Source of the DNA: a virus
DNA: 41,115 nucleotides
Strand: one strand, 5' to 3'
IMG/VR virus record: IMGVR_UViG_3300028840_005768
Location: 64,987-106,101 of that record
The notes under the pieces were generated by a model. It saw nothing but the letters and a program-made list of their open reading frames with translations. It was not told the origin of the DNA and searched no databases. A program made the position numbers and the translations under genes. Of this stretch, positions 27,053 through 35,563 are shown one piece after another (positions within the stretch are counted from its first letter, which is position 1; every line of letters begins with the position of its first letter).

Positions 27053-27622
27053 CTACCTGAGACGCCGCGGTCTTCGCAAAATGCATTGCCGGCGCTCATA
27101 ACGGACGAAGAGGTTCGGACTCCACCGACTCACATTGGCTGTCAAGAGCAGGCCGATCTGGTTGTGGGCGGCCGCGCACAGCTCGGAGCAGAAGATGAAG
27201 CGGAGATCCTCTTGGTGCAGGAGCGACTCGAGCCAACTGAAGCCAACGCCGCCGGCTCGAAGGGCCCCGATGTAGTCATAGTCCTTGCCGATGTGATCGA
27301 GCAGGAACCCATTCAGCCGGTCTTCCTCATGCGGGTAAAGCGGCCGGTAGAGCGGATAATGCCAAACCCGGCCTGGGTATAGCTTCAGGCGATCAGCCAA
27401 ACGAACTGCTTGAACGCCCCGGACGCATTGGCCTTGAATCACGCAGGGTAGATCAGAGAGCGTTGTGGATTCGAAGAGAAGCTGCTCGCCCTGGTGCTCG
27501 CCGATGATGCCGACGTGGGAAATGCTGCGAAATGGAATGCCGTATGTGCCGCAGTTGATCAACGTGCTCAGCCAGTTACGACCGGAGAAGCCGATGATGT
27601 CTCCCGTCTTGATCTTGCACAT
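27053..27622 (-). CDS. Permuted papain-like NlpC/P60 (YiiX/YebB-like) hydrolase
   Basis: KTGDIIGF, SHVGII (His), GKDYDY and FCSEL (Cys) occur in permuted order. Confidence 0.8.
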   Translation of the reverse strand: MCKIKTGDIIGFSGRNWLSTLINCGTYGIPFRSISHVGIIGEHQGEQLLFESTTLSDLPCVIQGQCVRGVQAVRLADRLKLYPGRVWHYPLYRPLYPHEEDRLNGFLLDHIGKDYDYIGALRAGGVGFSWLESLLHQEDLRFIFCSELCAAAHNQIGLLLTANVSRWSPNLFVRYERRQCILRRPRRLR

Positions 27623-27773
27623 GGTCTGGTTCCAATGAAGTATCAACACGCTGACTACACCCGGAATAGCGGGCACTGTCTAGCGCGAAACAATCTTCGC
27701 AGCGGTCCTCATTCGCGTAGCGGATCAAATTGCCGCAGGCGCACCAGCGAGGGTGATCCAAAGCGAACCTCAC
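27576..27773 (-). CDS. Small Cys-rich (CxC...CxxC) hypothetical protein
   Basis: WCACG...RCEDC zinc-ribbon-like motif. Fills a gap in the operon. Confidence 0.4.
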   Translation of the reverse strand: MRFALDHPRWCACGNLIRYANEDRCEDCFALDSARYSGCSQRVDTSLEPDHVQDQDGRHHRLLRS

Positions 27774-27858
27774 GATCAGAAGCGCGGCGCATGCAGGGAG
27801 TCGTGCTCCGGCCGTTCGGCCTCAGCCAGTTCGCCGAGACCGCAGATCGCCGCTCGAA

Positions 27859-28440
27859 CTAGAACGGTTCGTGAGTGAGAGTTTGGAGAGGAGATGACTG
27901 GATGGCTTGATTGTTGCTGCCTTGAACCACGGCAATCAGACGAGCAGTGATTCGGTCAACGATCGCTTCGTAATCGTCGATGCCTTCTAACTCATCAACG
28001 ATGATCTGCACCATTGCCTGGGCAAGGCCGAGGACTGCATGTTTCGCCAGCAACAGACCGAGGTTCTGCTCGATCTTGTGACACGAAGAGACCAAACGCT
28101 CCATGTTCTGAAGCATCTGATTCAAGGGGCCACATGCGGCCAGAAGCTCCGCATCGTTCTTGATCAGATTGAACCGACGCTCGATCAGCATGTGTAGCAG
28201 AGCGATGGATTCGCGTAGCTCTTTGACCGGTTCCAACTCATCAGCGATCCCTGCCAAACGAGACCGATCTTCCGCTTTCGCCAACAGGTAGCCGCGCAGC
28301 TCTTCCCGCTCTGCCGTACTCCGCCCACCGCAGGCCCGACAATACTCGGAGCCGTGCTCAGCCCGATTCATGCACTGGTTCCCATCTCTCGCGGGCCCCT
28401 TGCAGCGGTTGGGATCGGCTGGATCTGTGACTCGCTGCAT
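27859..28440 (-). CDS. Terminase small subunit candidate (HGGxSTG-like Zn finger N-terminus)
   Basis: RCKGPARDGNQCMNRA...YCRACGGRST followed by a helical domain. First gene of the morphogenesis block. Confidence 0.55.
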   Translation of the reverse strand: MQRVTDPADPNRCKGPARDGNQCMNRAEHGSEYCRACGGRSTAEREELRGYLLAKAEDRSRLAGIADELEPVKELRESIALLHMLIERRFNLIKNDAELLAACGPLNQMLQNMERLVSSCHKIEQNLGLLLAKHAVLGLAQAMVQIIVDELEGIDDYEAIVDRITARLIAVVQGSNNQAIQSSPLQTLTHEPF

Positions 28441-28597
28441 GAGACCACCGCGTCAACTGAGAAGGGAAAGAGAGCGTCTCCCATACACACATACTATAGG
28501 CAAAATCCGACATTTTACGCTGAATTCCCGGGATTTCGCCAACCAAAAGCCATCTTTTCGGAGATTCTAAGATGTCCACCGAACCCAGGAGACTTCC

Positions 28598-28843
28598 ATG
28601 CGACAGTACCAGATCCTCTACCGTAAGCCCGAGACCGATTGGGTCCAGCTCGAGCCCCACATCCACAGCCGCATCTACGATCGGCCCGAAATCAACGCGT
28701 CAATTGAGTACATGAAGGAGAACTGCCGTGTCGAGGGGATGGCGATCCGGTTGGAAGCGGAACTCTTCAACCTCATTGCCTGCGACAAACCCAAACTGGA
28801 GCTGAACTCCTTCCCCATGGAGGCGGCGGATGCGACGACGTAG
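28598..28843 (+). CDS. Hypothetical protein
   Basis: GGAGA RBS. First gene of the coupled plus-strand operon. Confidence 0.6.
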   Translation: MRQYQILYRKPETDWVQLEPHIHSRIYDRPEINASIEYMKENCRVEGMAIRLEAELFNLIACDKPKLELNSFPMEAADATT

Positions 28844-29342
28844 ACGTACCCCCAAGCCGGCGCCCAAGCCTGCGGCCAAACCGCAGCTCCGCATGCAGAT
28901 CACCTACGAGTGTCGGGTCCATCATCAAGACCTGGAGGCATTCTTGGCCCAAGTCTACGGGACCGTTGGCTACGACGTCCTCCGGGCCACAGGTGTTTCC
29001 CGCGGCATGATCCCTGAATTCATCGTAACCGGAACCCTTCCGCCAGCCACCAACATTGAACAGCAGGCCGACGCAATCCGGCGGGGGCGGAGAACACAGA
29101 ATCTCCACCTGGTCTTGAACGTCCTCTGCCAGGACGGGTTCATTCCCGCCGGCAAGTATGTGATCGACACCACCAAACGTGAAAGTCCGATCGTCGTTTA
29201 CACGCGACTGCTCAATACGACCCATGACCCGAATCACCCCCGATGTCTCGCCTTCAAACGCAAACATCAGGGCAACACTCAGTTTATGAAACGCGCCGCC
29301 ATTCTCGATCGCAGAGCCAACCAGGAACAAAGGGATGTATGA
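28830..29342 (+). CDS. Hypothetical basic protein
   Basis: GGAGG RBS. Overlaps both neighbours. Confidence 0.6.
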   Translation: MRRRRRTPKPAPKPAAKPQLRMQITYECRVHHQDLEAFLAQVYGTVGYDVLRATGVSRGMIPEFIVTGTLPPATNIEQQADAIRRGRRTQNLHLVLNVLCQDGFIPAGKYVIDTTKRESPIVVYTRLLNTTHDPNHPRCLAFKRKHQGNTQFMKRAAILDRRANQEQRDV

Positions 29343-29688
29343 AGAACACGTCCTTGGCCACTACCAAGTACCATATCACCGCGGCCGTCTATACAAACCG
29401 ACCCATCGTGGCACCGCGGTCAGCACAGTCTGTGGAGATCACGTAACCATAGAACTTCACATTGCCAATGACCAAATTGGCAGTATTGCGTGGGATGGGT
29501 ATGGCTGCTGTTTCTCACAAGCAGCCGCCTCGATGCTCGTCAAGCATCTCCATGGAAGGGAGTCTTCCACCATTGATCAACTCAATGAAGCGGACATGTT
29601 CCGACTCTTTCAAGCTGATGTCCCCGATGTTCGGAGACAATGTGTCCTTGTTGCTTATCACGCCTTGAAGAACCTGGAGACAGTCTGA
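29335..29688 (+). CDS. sufU: SufU/IscU-like Fe-S cluster scaffold (NifU_N family)
   Basis: HYQVPYHRG, VCGD, GCCFSQAAASM and RRQC carry the three conserved Cys plus the Asp. Confidence 0.85.
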   Translation: MYEEHVLGHYQVPYHRGRLYKPTHRGTAVSTVCGDHVTIELHIANDQIGSIAWDGYGCCFSQAAASMLVKHLHGRESSTIDQLNEADMFRLFQADVPDVRRQCVLVAYHALKNLETV

Positions 29689-29996
29689 TGAGCATCCAGA
29701 CACCAGACGACTGGTGGAACCTTGTTGATCAAAACTGGGATTACCTGGTCAGCATCATCGGGCATCTGATGGTTCTTGGATTCCCGGCCTTCGAGACACC
29801 AGGTGATTCCGAATCGCCAGCGACCGGTCGCAGCATCCGGGAAGAGATCGTCCACCTGAAAGAGACTCGCAATCAGAAGCTCGCTCGCTATTTCCATGCA
29901 GCCTGGGGACTGGCCTCAGACGCTTACGCCTGGAGCGTCCCTGGTTGGGGCGCTCTCTGTGATCTTTGTTCCGAGGAATGGGTATTTCATCAATGA
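29688..29996 (+). CDS. Hypothetical Trp-rich protein
   Basis: TGATG coupling at 29686-29690 and a GGAG RBS. C-terminal CDLC. Confidence 0.6.
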   Translation: MSIQTPDDWWNLVDQNWDYLVSIIGHLMVLGFPAFETPGDSESPATGRSIREEIVHLKETRNQKLARYFHAAWGLASDAYAWSVPGWGALCDLCSEEWVFHQ

Positions 29997-30847
29997 AGAC
30001 GCACACCTTCTCCATCGTCGTTGGCACAGCCGCTTGCAACGCCGACTGTCCGTACTGCGTCAGCAAAATGACGCGAACGGCGGCCGGCAGACTGGACGTG
30101 AATTGGCGCCGCTTCCGCACTGCCTGCAACATGGTCTGCCACGCAAGCGACGGGTTGATCAGCGTCCTTCTGACCGGGAAGGGTGAACCATTGCTCTTCC
30201 CAGAATTGATCAGTGATTACTTGCGGGAAATGCAAGCGTACGCTTTCCCGTTGATTGATCTGCAGACAAACGGCATTCTCATCGAGCACAGCCACGAGCA
30301 GCTCAAGCATTGGAGAGATCAGGGTCTCACTCTTGTCTGCATCTCCATCTGTGACTACGACCCGGCGATCAGCCGTCGCTTGATGCGGATCAAAGAGGAA
30401 TTCAACTTCTGGTCCGCTGTCGAACGAATCCACAACGCCGGCCTGGCCGTGCGTCTCAACTGCACAATGCTGAATGACGGGATCTCGACACCGGAGCAAG
30501 TGGAACACCTCATCGATCGCTGTGTTTGCCATGGGGTCGAGCAACTCACCTTACGTGAAGTCGCACGACCCAGCCTGCCCATCGAACACCCCGCCGTTCA
30601 GTTTGTCGACGAACAGAAGCCGCATGACGCCGCCCGCCGGCTGTATCACTACTTGGAAATGAACAACGCCTTCAAACTCCTCGAATTGCCGCACGGCGGC
30701 CTCGTCTATGACTACCGCAGACAGAACGTCTGCATCGGCAACTGCCTGACCAGTACCACCGATCCCAACGACATCCGACAGATCATCTTCTTCCCGGACG
30801 GACGAATCACGTACGACTGGAACCACCTTGGAGCAAGACTGTTATGA
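29993..30847 (+). CDS. Radical SAM enzyme (no SPASM domain), function unknown
   Basis: CNADCPYC (CxxxCxxC), TGKGEP and LQTNG motifs. ATGA coupling at both ends. Confidence 0.9.
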   Translation: MKTHTFSIVVGTAACNADCPYCVSKMTRTAAGRLDVNWRRFRTACNMVCHASDGLISVLLTGKGEPLLFPELISDYLREMQAYAFPLIDLQTNGILIEHSHEQLKHWRDQGLTLVCISICDYDPAISRRLMRIKEEFNFWSAVERIHNAGLAVRLNCTMLNDGISTPEQVEHLIDRCVCHGVEQLTLREVARPSLPIEHPAVQFVDEQKPHDAARRLYHYLEMNNAFKLLELPHGGLVYDYRRQNVCIGNCLTSTTDPNDIRQIIFFPDGRITYDWNHLGARLL

Positions 30848-31494
30848 ATTACACCAAAGAGGACATCGCTGCCGCCCTGGACCTGGCCGTTCTCAAGCCA
30901 ACTGCCACGATGGAAGATGTGAGATGCGCTTGTGCCTTGGCCAATAAACACGGCATCAAGAGTGTCTGTGTTGCACCTGTCTACATTTGGCTGGCTGCCA
31001 GCATGCATGACAACGTGTCAACGGTCATTGCCTTCCCGCATGGTAACACGGTACCCAATGCAAAACTCGAGGAAGCCTACCTCGCAATGACCAACGGTGC
31101 CCGTGAACTCGACGTTGTCGTCAACTACGGACGATTCCTGGATGGCGACCATGACATCGTGTTTGCCGAGCTGAAGCCCATTATCACCCGTGCCAGACGG
31201 TATGGTGCCAAGGTCAAGGCCATCCTAGAGACCTGCTACTACACACCTGCACAACTCGTGGATGCCTGCAATCGTTGCATTGAAGCAGGTGTCGACTTCC
31301 TGAAGACATCCACCGGCTTCGGACGTGAAGGAGCTGATCCAAAGCGTGTCAACCTCATGCTCAATGCCGCTGAAGGTACCGACGTTGAGGTGAAGGCGTC
31401 CGGCGGCATCCGAGCTTACGCCGATGCAGAACGCTACCTCGACATGGGCTGTACCCGCCTTGGCTCTTCTCACTTCTTGGAGTTGCTACCGTGA
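30844..31494 (+). CDS. deoC: Deoxyribose-phosphate aldolase (DERA)
   Basis: SVCVAP, TVIAFPHG, GARELDVV, VKAILET, FLKTSTGF (Schiff-base Lys), VKASGGIR and RLGSS motifs. Confidence 0.95.
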   Translation: MNYTKEDIAAALDLAVLKPTATMEDVRCACALANKHGIKSVCVAPVYIWLAASMHDNVSTVIAFPHGNTVPNAKLEEAYLAMTNGARELDVVVNYGRFLDGDHDIVFAELKPIITRARRYGAKVKAILETCYYTPAQLVDACNRCIEAGVDFLKTSTGFGREGADPKRVNLMLNAAEGTDVEVKASGGIRAYADAERYLDMGCTRLGSSHFLELLP

Positions 31495-32030
31495 ACAGAC
31501 TTGCAGGCATGCGTGGCTACTTGTGTGGCGCCATGGACCGTGTCGACGACGGCGGCATCGGTTGGCGTCGGCGTCTCAAGCATGAGCTTGAAGACCTGAA
31601 TGTTCATTGGTTGGATCCCACACGAAAGCCCATCGATATCGGCATCGAAGACTTGGAAAATCGCCAGTTACGCCGTGACAACAAACATCAAGGCGACTTC
31701 GACTCTGTCCGTCGAGAGATGAAAATTGTCCGGTGTGTTGATCTACGAATGGTTGACATCTGTGACTTCATGCCGGTGCGCATCGATCTGGATGTCCATG
31801 CCTGTGGCACCTACGAAGAGATCACGACGGCGAACCGACAGAAGAAGCCGATCCTCGCGCATGTTGTCCAAGGAAAGGAAAACGCCCCCGACTGGCTCTT
31901 TGGGATGCTCCCGCACGAATTGATCTTCTCAACAGAAGATGAAGTGTGCGCCTACCTCCGACACATCGCCCACACCCCCGACATCAACACTCTCAACCGC
32001 TGGTACTTCTTCAACTTCTGTGGTGAATGA
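31491..32030 (+). CDS. Nucleoside 2-deoxyribosyltransferase / nucleotide N-glycosidase family protein
   Basis: YLCGAM, WR, LDP, DLRMVD and GTYEE (nucleophile Glu region), KKP motifs. Confidence 0.78.
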   Translation: MNRLAGMRGYLCGAMDRVDDGGIGWRRRLKHELEDLNVHWLDPTRKPIDIGIEDLENRQLRRDNKHQGDFDSVRREMKIVRCVDLRMVDICDFMPVRIDLDVHACGTYEEITTANRQKKPILAHVVQGKENAPDWLFGMLPHELIFSTEDEVCAYLRHIAHTPDINTLNRWYFFNFCGE

Positions 32031-32533
32031 TGAAGAACACTTGGTTCACCGCAGACACCCACTTCGATCACGAAGGCATCTTCGAGCATATCCCCGAGCG
32101 CGTCACCGCCTTCCATGACGTGCTTGAAATGGGAACGGCATTCGTCGATGGGATCAATGCTTACGTGAAGCGAGGCGATCGATTGATCCACCTCGGGGAC
32201 TTCTGTTGGAGAGCACATCGCGCCGGACACTGGAGACAACGCCTCAACGTCCGCGAACTGTGGGTCTGCCAAGGAAATCACGACGCCTCATCCCTGCGAC
32301 GGCATGTCTCACGGATGGAGTTGATGATCTTCTTCCAGAACTTGCACCTCAGCCACTACCCGTTGGCCTGCTGGCACAAGAAGTACACAGGTGGGCTCCA
32401 TCTGCACGGACACAGCCACGGTCGGATGCAAACGATACCAGGTCGGCTCGACGTCGGCATCGATCCGATCTTCCGGCTGACAGGCGAGTGGCGGCCGATC
32501 CATCTTGACGAGGTTCTCGAACAATGCCGATGA
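32027..32533 (+). CDS. Calcineurin-like metallophosphoesterase
   Basis: DTH, LGDF, GNHD, SHYP, HGHSH and DVGID motifs. Confidence 0.92.
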   Translation: MMKNTWFTADTHFDHEGIFEHIPERVTAFHDVLEMGTAFVDGINAYVKRGDRLIHLGDFCWRAHRAGHWRQRLNVRELWVCQGNHDASSLRRHVSRMELMIFFQNLHLSHYPLACWHKKYTGGLHLHGHSHGRMQTIPGRLDVGIDPIFRLTGEWRPIHLDEVLEQCR

Positions 32534-32895
32534 AGCGATGCCCAAGCTGCAGGGCAGAACACGGCGCCCGCAAGCTCGTCTGTGACTGCGGCCACGACTT
32601 CGGATGCAAACGAGCGACCAAACGGCACCCGCTCTATCCCGAGCCAGGTGGCTGGGTACTCGACCAGGTCCGTGGCCTGCCCGAACTGCCGCCGCCGGAT
32701 CCACTCCCGCGCGGCCCTGTCAGTGCTTCTGCCGTGAAAGAACACGTCTCGTTTGAAGGCCTTGGCTTCTGCATCTACTCCTACATCCCGGCGGATCGAA
32801 TCACGGACGCCAAGCTGAAGAGATTGTGGACCAAGGCGCGAGCCGCCATGCAAGAGATCGTTGAGTACCTGGAGACTGTTGACTATGACGCTTGA
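32530..32895 (+). CDS. Zn-ribbon hypothetical protein
   Basis: KRCPSC...VCDCGHDF motif. ATGA coupling at 32530. Confidence 0.65.
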   Translation: MKRCPSCRAEHGARKLVCDCGHDFGCKRATKRHPLYPEPGGWVLDQVRGLPELPPPDPLPRGPVSASAVKEHVSFEGLGFCIYSYIPADRITDAKLKRLWTKARAAMQEIVEYLETVDYDA

Positions 32896-33202
32896 ACAAG
32901 CCATCCGAGAAATGCGCAACCACACCGACCTGTGGCCATGGTACTGGCTCAGCTACGGCGAAAAGTGCTACGCCTTCGCCACAGTCGAAGCATTCCCAGC
33001 CGTCGAAGGGGACCCGTTCCCGGAGCCAGGCACAGAACTCCGGCCGGATACCGAAGGGGAATGGATCGGAGAGAACGGCACGAAGATGATCATCAACGAG
33101 ACGATCGCCGAGATCGAGCGTCAGAACGGTGACACCATCTGCCGGTTCCTTGCGACGGCGCACGCAAGACTGGTGAAGCCAGTAACAGGAGGCGGAGAAT
33201 GA
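32885..33202 (+). CDS. Hypothetical protein
   Basis: Start MTLEQA at 32885 overlaps the previous gene. ATGA coupling at its end. Confidence 0.6.
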   Translation: MTLEQAIREMRNHTDLWPWYWLSYGEKCYAFATVEAFPAVEGDPFPEPGTELRPDTEGEWIGENGTKMIINETIAEIERQNGDTICRFLATAHARLVKPVTGGGE

Positions 33203-33393
33203 CTAATGCACTGGTCACAGAATTGAAAACCCAGATCGCCAATCAGCAAAGAGTGATCGACGCAATGCTGAGCGAGATCACCGACATCACTCGAAGAATC
33301 GGCCCAGCTCGGCAGGTGGGCGGCATTCGAGAAGAACTGGAGGCATTCTGCTTCAAATATCGTTACAGACAAAGAAGCGGGGAACCATCCTAG
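33199..33393 (+). CDS. Small coiled-coil hypothetical protein
   Basis: GGAGG RBS and ATGA overlap. Last gene before the terminator. Confidence 0.6.
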   Translation: MTNALVTELKTQIANQQRVIDAMLSEITDITRRIGPARQVGGIREELEAFCFKYRYRQRSGEPS

Positions 33394-33421
33394 CTCCCCG
33401 CCCGCGCTCCTGAACGATCAG

Positions 33422-33453
33422 AAGGGCTCGCCGTCAATCGCGGCGGGCCTTTT
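33422..33453 (+). terminator. Intrinsic terminator between convergent operons
   Basis: AAGGGCTCGCCG-loop-CGGCGGGCCTTTT. Confidence 0.65.
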
Positions 33454-33461
33454 GACTTGTG

Positions 33462-33725
33462 TCACCCACTTGCCAATTCATTCGCGACCTTTTCAATCTC
33501 GGCTAACATGGCACCCATCGCAGCGTGCCAGATACGGGCATCCGTTGGTCGAAACTTGTCTTGCGGTGCCACACCGCGAAAGGAGATCCATACCTCTCGC
33601 CTCTGCCCCGGCGGCGGCTTGTGAATGTCTGCCTGGATCGTCAAATGCTTATGCCGCTTCGTATGGAACGGGGCTATGATCAGTTGTACACCCCAATCCT
33701 GGTCCGTCCGTTCAATCGTCGACAT
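33462..33725 (-). CDS. Hypothetical protein
   Basis: AGGAG RBS. Overlaps the end of the TadE gene. Confidence 0.55.
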   Translation of the reverse strand: MSTIERTDQDWGVQLIIAPFHTKRHKHLTIQADIHKPPPGQRREVWISFRGVAPQDKFRPTDARIWHAAMGAMLAEIEKVANELASG

Positions 33726-34116
33726 TGCCGGGCTCCTTGAACATGGTCGTTCGCCCGGTCATCATTGTATCAATCCAGAATGGGGTCATCCAGGCGACCT
33801 CCTCGAAATTGACTGACGCGCTAACTGTCACCCGGTCGTCCAGCTCCTCAATGACGACATGCAGACGCTTGGTACCAATGACATTGGACCACTGGAGACC
33901 GGCTTCCGGGTCCTCAAGCCCCCAGAAACAGGCATTTGCCGCCAAATCAACCTGAGAGGATCCGCTGGATGCATAACGAGCCCCGACCGCGGAAGCGGTC
34001 GTCAGCTTCTGCTGTACCTGGATCATCCGACCGAACTCGATCGTGCCCAGAAGCAAGAGCAAGAACAACGGCAACGTCACGGCAAATTCAACAGTAGCTG
34101 CACCTCGTCTCTTCAT
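33712..34116 (-). CDS. tadE: TadE/TadG-family Flp pilus pseudopilin
   Basis: RRG|AATVEFA prepilin cleavage motif (G at -1, E at +5) followed by hydrophobic LPLFLLLLLGTIEFG and A..GAR.A. Confidence 0.85.
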   Translation of the reverse strand: MKRRGAATVEFAVTLPLFLLLLLGTIEFGRMIQVQQKLTTASAVGARYASSGSSQVDLAANACFWGLEDPEAGLQWSNVIGTKRLHVVIEELDDRVTVSASVNFEEVAWMTPFWIDTMMTGRTTMFKEPGNVDD

Positions 34117-34679
34117 TCAACTGCCTTCATCTTGGTGCCACAGGCACAGGTCGGGGTACCCACCTCGATCCACCGTCGTGACATCCGGCAGATGCACCCG
34201 CAGTTCGGGCACTCCACCTTCATTTGACGGCAGCTCTGCTTGGGCTTGGAATCAAAAGACACCTTCCCATGAGGATAGGGACCCAGACGTGCCGTCAGCT
34301 CTTCCAGGCGATCTCTCAATGCAGGGCCGGCGTGCGTAGCCGTCATCTTGCCTTCAAGTCCGATTGCTGTCGCAGCACGGCGGAAGGGGGCCCGGTGACC
34401 ATGGCTCGTACCCACGGCGGCATGAACCAGCTCATGTACGAGCGTCTCGCCCACTTCCAGTGGATCAGAAAGAACCGGCGAGACAAACAGCTCATGATGC
34501 TCATCTTCCGAGCTACTACTCGACCAGCATTCACCAATTCGCCTCTGCTTCCGAGCTTTCCCAGATTGACTCGGCCAGCCACATGATGCTCGAACCTTCT
34601 CCGGGATCTCGGCCCCGGCCTCCAGGAAATCGGGACGAAGCTTGTCAATCAACTGGTTGAGCCAGGCCTCACGAGTCAT
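34113..34679 (-). CDS. SprT-like zinc metalloprotease
   Basis: TLVHELVHA (HExxH), GH...F and C-terminal CxxC...CxC. Start MTREAW at 34679 with GAGGAGA RBS. Confidence 0.8.
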   Translation of the reverse strand: MTREAWLNQLIDKLRPDFLEAGAEIPEKVRASCGWPSQSGKARKQRRIGECWSSSSSEDEHHELFVSPVLSDPLEVGETLVHELVHAAVGTSHGHRAPFRRAATAIGLEGKMTATHAGPALRDRLEELTARLGPYPHGKVSFDSKPKQSCRQMKVECPNCGCICRMSRRWIEVGTPTCACGTKMKAVE

Positions 34680-34711
34680 TAGGTGTCTCCTCAAAGGTAG
34701 CATCATCTTCA

Positions 34712-34740
34712 AGTATAGGTTGCCAGTGACGTCATGTCAA
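34712..34740 (-). promoter_or_regulatory. Consensus sigma70 promoter for the SprT-TadE operon
   Basis: TTGACA-17 bp-TATACT on the minus strand. Confidence 0.8.
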
Positions 34741-34768
34741 GTGAGCACCTTTTCATGGTACGCAAGAA

Positions 34769-34777
34769 TGTTATAAT
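34769..34777 (+). promoter_or_regulatory. Extended -10 promoter, divergent from the above
   Basis: TGtTATAAT upstream of the GGAGG RBS of 34813. Confidence 0.55.
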
Positions 34778-34812
34778 TCGAATATCCGATTCACATCAGG
34801 AGGGCAGTCCTA

Positions 34813-35244
34813 ATGGATCAGATCGTCGCCGAATTCGTCGCCAGCTACCTCACCGACCGAGGAACGGTGAACCCCTGGTTCACGCGCCGGCTCAAAGAAC
34901 AGCCTGCGATCGTGCAGAAAGCAGTGAAACAAGAACTCCGGGAGCAGGGGCTCCTGAATGACTGGCTCACTGGAGATGACTGGGTCAGGCTCACCGAACT
35001 CGTGATCGCCGACCTCGATCCCAAGAAGGATCTTGTCCAACGATGCAATGAGCTACTAGTAGAAATACATCCAGAACCAAAGAAACGGGTTACAGCCCGA
35101 AACATTCATCCCATGATTGACCATATACATGGAATGTGGATTGAGTACAAGCAGCTCAAGAATCAGCCCACTCGCGAGCAGCTCCTGGCCGAAATAGGCG
35201 CCGAAGAGCTGATGGTAGAAATCGGACGACGTCTTGCTAGATGA
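34813..35244 (+). CDS. Hypothetical protein
   Basis: AGGAGG RBS and its own promoter. Confidence 0.7.
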   Translation: MDQIVAEFVASYLTDRGTVNPWFTRRLKEQPAIVQKAVKQELREQGLLNDWLTGDDWVRLTELVIADLDPKKDLVQRCNELLVEIHPEPKKRVTARNIHPMIDHIHGMWIEYKQLKNQPTREQLLAEIGAEELMVEIGRRLAR

Positions 35245-35563
35245 GACGATGCCGCTTCAAGACGAGAGCCGTCGCGACCCCGTTCTCGCTGCCGGCGACC
35301 GCCTTCCGCCATTTGCGGACCAAACTGAAAGGGACGCTCCAGTGGTCGCTGATATCACCGATTGACTCGCAGCAGACCGCCTTCACCAAGTCGCCTGTCA
35401 AGATGGGGATCTCTCCCAACGGGTTGGGACCTTTCCGCGGCGGTTCGTCACACAATGGCCAGCGATTCTCATCCCGCCCGACGACGCGGACCGGGCCCAG
35501 CATCTTGTCCCGCAGGATCGATCCGATCCGGCATTTCGGAGGATGATAGGGGCCGCCGATCAT
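35237..35563 (-). CDS. Hypothetical protein (possible HTH)
   Basis: ATGA-coupled to the recombinase. ESIGDISDHWSVPFSLVRKWRKA is HTH-like. Confidence 0.55.
   Translation of the reverse strand: MIGGPYHPPKCRIGSILRDKMLGPVRVVGRDENRWPLCDEPPRKGPNPLGEIPILTGDLVKAVCCESIGDISDHWSVPFSLVRKWRKAVAGSENGVATALVLKRHRLI

Noticed and set aside
29993-30847. Assignment as viperin, QueE or an RNR activase
   Set aside because: Only generic radical SAM motifs are recognisable, and no queCD/folE or nrdD partners are in the window, so the enzyme is left unassigned.
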